34,532 nucleotides of DNA, taken from Catajapyx aquilonaris. Its lineage: Eukaryota. Location: contig JYFJ02004136.1 in the NCBI GenBank assembly GCA_000934665.2, forward strand, positions 1 to 34,532. The letters run 5' to 3'. Positions 33,490 to 34,532 of this stretch are shown in pieces (the first letter of the stretch is position 1; each line of letters starts with the position of its first letter). The notes below the pieces were generated by a model. It searched no databases. It was given only the letters and a program-made list of their open reading frames with translations, and was not told the DNA's origin. The position numbers and the translations under genes are program-made.

Positions 33490-34283
33490 CAAGGTGCAGT
33501 CATTAAGTTCGAAGCCCAAATTAAATCTCGGCTCCCATTTAACATAGCACGGCCAAATATTTATGGCACATCGAGAGACTCTTTAGCTCGCTCTTTAGGG
33601 TGCAGAGGAAAAAAAAAGAGGGCGCTGGCTCATATTCGATAATAGTTTTGGTCGTTTTCCCGAGAGGGCGCGCGGGAGTTTGGCGATGAGAATAAATAAC
33701 ACAAAATGGCGCCTGAGCGGAGGTTTGAGGAGCAACGCAACTCAATCAAATTTTGTGTGTTGCTGGGCCATACTCCGCAGGAAACACAGGGCATGTTGAG
33801 GAAGGCGTACGGCAAATGTGCTGCTCTCTCATGGCCGGCTGTAAACAAGTGGCATCGGCGTTTCCGGGAGGGCCGGGAGACAACATCGGACAATCCTCGC
33901 AGCGGGCGGCCCATCACTAGTCGAGACGCCGATGCCACTTTTTTACAGCCGGGCATGAGAGAGCAACACATTTGCCGTACGCCTTCCTCAACATGCCCAG
34001 TGTTTCCTGGGGAGTATGGCCCAGCAACACACACAATTTGATTGAGTTGCGTTGCTCCTCAAACCTCCGCTCAGGCGCCATTTTGTGTTATTTATTCTCA
34101 TCGCCGAACTCCCGCGCGCCCTCTCGGGAAAACGACCAGAACTATTATCGAATATGAGCCAGCGCCCTCTTTTTTTTCCTCTGCCTCCTAAAGAGTCTCT
34201 CGATGTGCCATAAATATTTGGCCGTGCTATGTTAAACGGGAGCCGAGATTTAATTCGGGCTTCGAACTTAATGACTGCACTTG
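33490..34283. mobile_element. Mariner-derived foldback made of two 5' ends (794 bp)
   Basis: TA TSD (33488-89, 34284-85). Arms 33490-33820 and 33967-34283 are inverted copies that include the transposase start. Confidence 0.9.
33706..34041 (+). CDS. Truncated mariner transposase: N-terminal HTH DNA-binding region only, 111 aa
   Basis: EQRNSIKFCVLLGHTPQETQGMLRKAYG...VNKWHRRFREGRETTSDNPRSGRP is the Mos1/Hsmar-type HTH1 plus GRP linker; the C-terminal part is read from the antisense arm. Confidence 0.75.
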   Translation: MAPERRFEEQRNSIKFCVLLGHTPQETQGMLRKAYGKCAALSWPAVNKWHRRFREGRETTSDNPRSGRPITSRDADATFLQPGMREQHICRTPSSTCPVFPGEYGPATHTI

Positions 34284-34419
34284 TAGCTGGACTTTCTCAA
34301 TTTCCTGGAGATAACTCAGCGCCCAGATCGCTTCCCCATAATAAATGATCGGCGCAATTTGTATGGGGAGGGAAATGGGAAAATATTACCAAGGAAAATT
34401 TAAGCATGGTCAAACAGAA

Positions 34420-34532
34420 ACAAGTGCGGAAAAAAAGTTTGTGGCCAAAAACAAGCGTGGGCAAAGAAATATGTGGGCAAAAAAAAGCATGGGCAAAAAA
34501 AAGCATGGGCAAAAGAAAGCATGGGCAAAAAA
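34420..34532. repeat. ~16-bp minisatellite (GCATGGGCAAAAAAAA), runs off the window end
   Basis: Repeated (GC)ATGGGCAAAA(A/G)AAA units. Confidence 0.75.

Larger units (their letters stand above)
32504..34356 (-). mobile_element. 5'-truncated/interrupted non-LTR retrotransposon (ORF2 C-terminus), intronic
   Basis: After removing the mariner insert the minus strand reads PIIYYGEAIWALSYLQEIEKVQLYFIKNLLHLATSTPSYLIHLEFGRRPL..., and later CTLC...HFLFEC (CCHC finger, frameshifted), followed by the (AAT)n tail. Confidence 0.8.

Overview
Eukaryotic, most likely invertebrate/arthropod, genomic DNA (short 60-100 bp GT-AG introns, degenerate TTAGG-type repeats), dominated by nested DNA transposons. The centrepiece is a nest that can be resolved to the base. 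A ~1.9-kb Sola2-like foldback element (3248-17112, TSD ATGT) carries a non-autonomous LTR element in its left arm (3490-6885, TSD TGTG, tRNA-Leu PBS, only a degenerate protease ORF). Its right tip carries an 8.5-kb AcademX transposon (8554-17098, TAG..CTA ends, TSD ACG, 165-bp subterminal arrays) with a 5-exon ~1,540-codon DDE transposase/XPG nuclease/Cys-cluster gene. That gene is broken by a nonsense codon and a frameshift and holds a mariner MITE in intron 3. The window opens in a palindromic derivative of the same Academ family. The right half contains two ankyrin-repeat genes, one built from tandem phase-0 exon modules, and the 5' exons of an M16 (insulysin/nardilysin-like) peptidase homologue whose HxxEH motif reads HFVEN. 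It also holds a 4.3-kb hAT-type element, several MITEs and palindromes, and a LINE 3' end split by a mariner 5'-end foldback. A recurring theme is that unrelated TE families occur as hairpins made of two copies of the same end.
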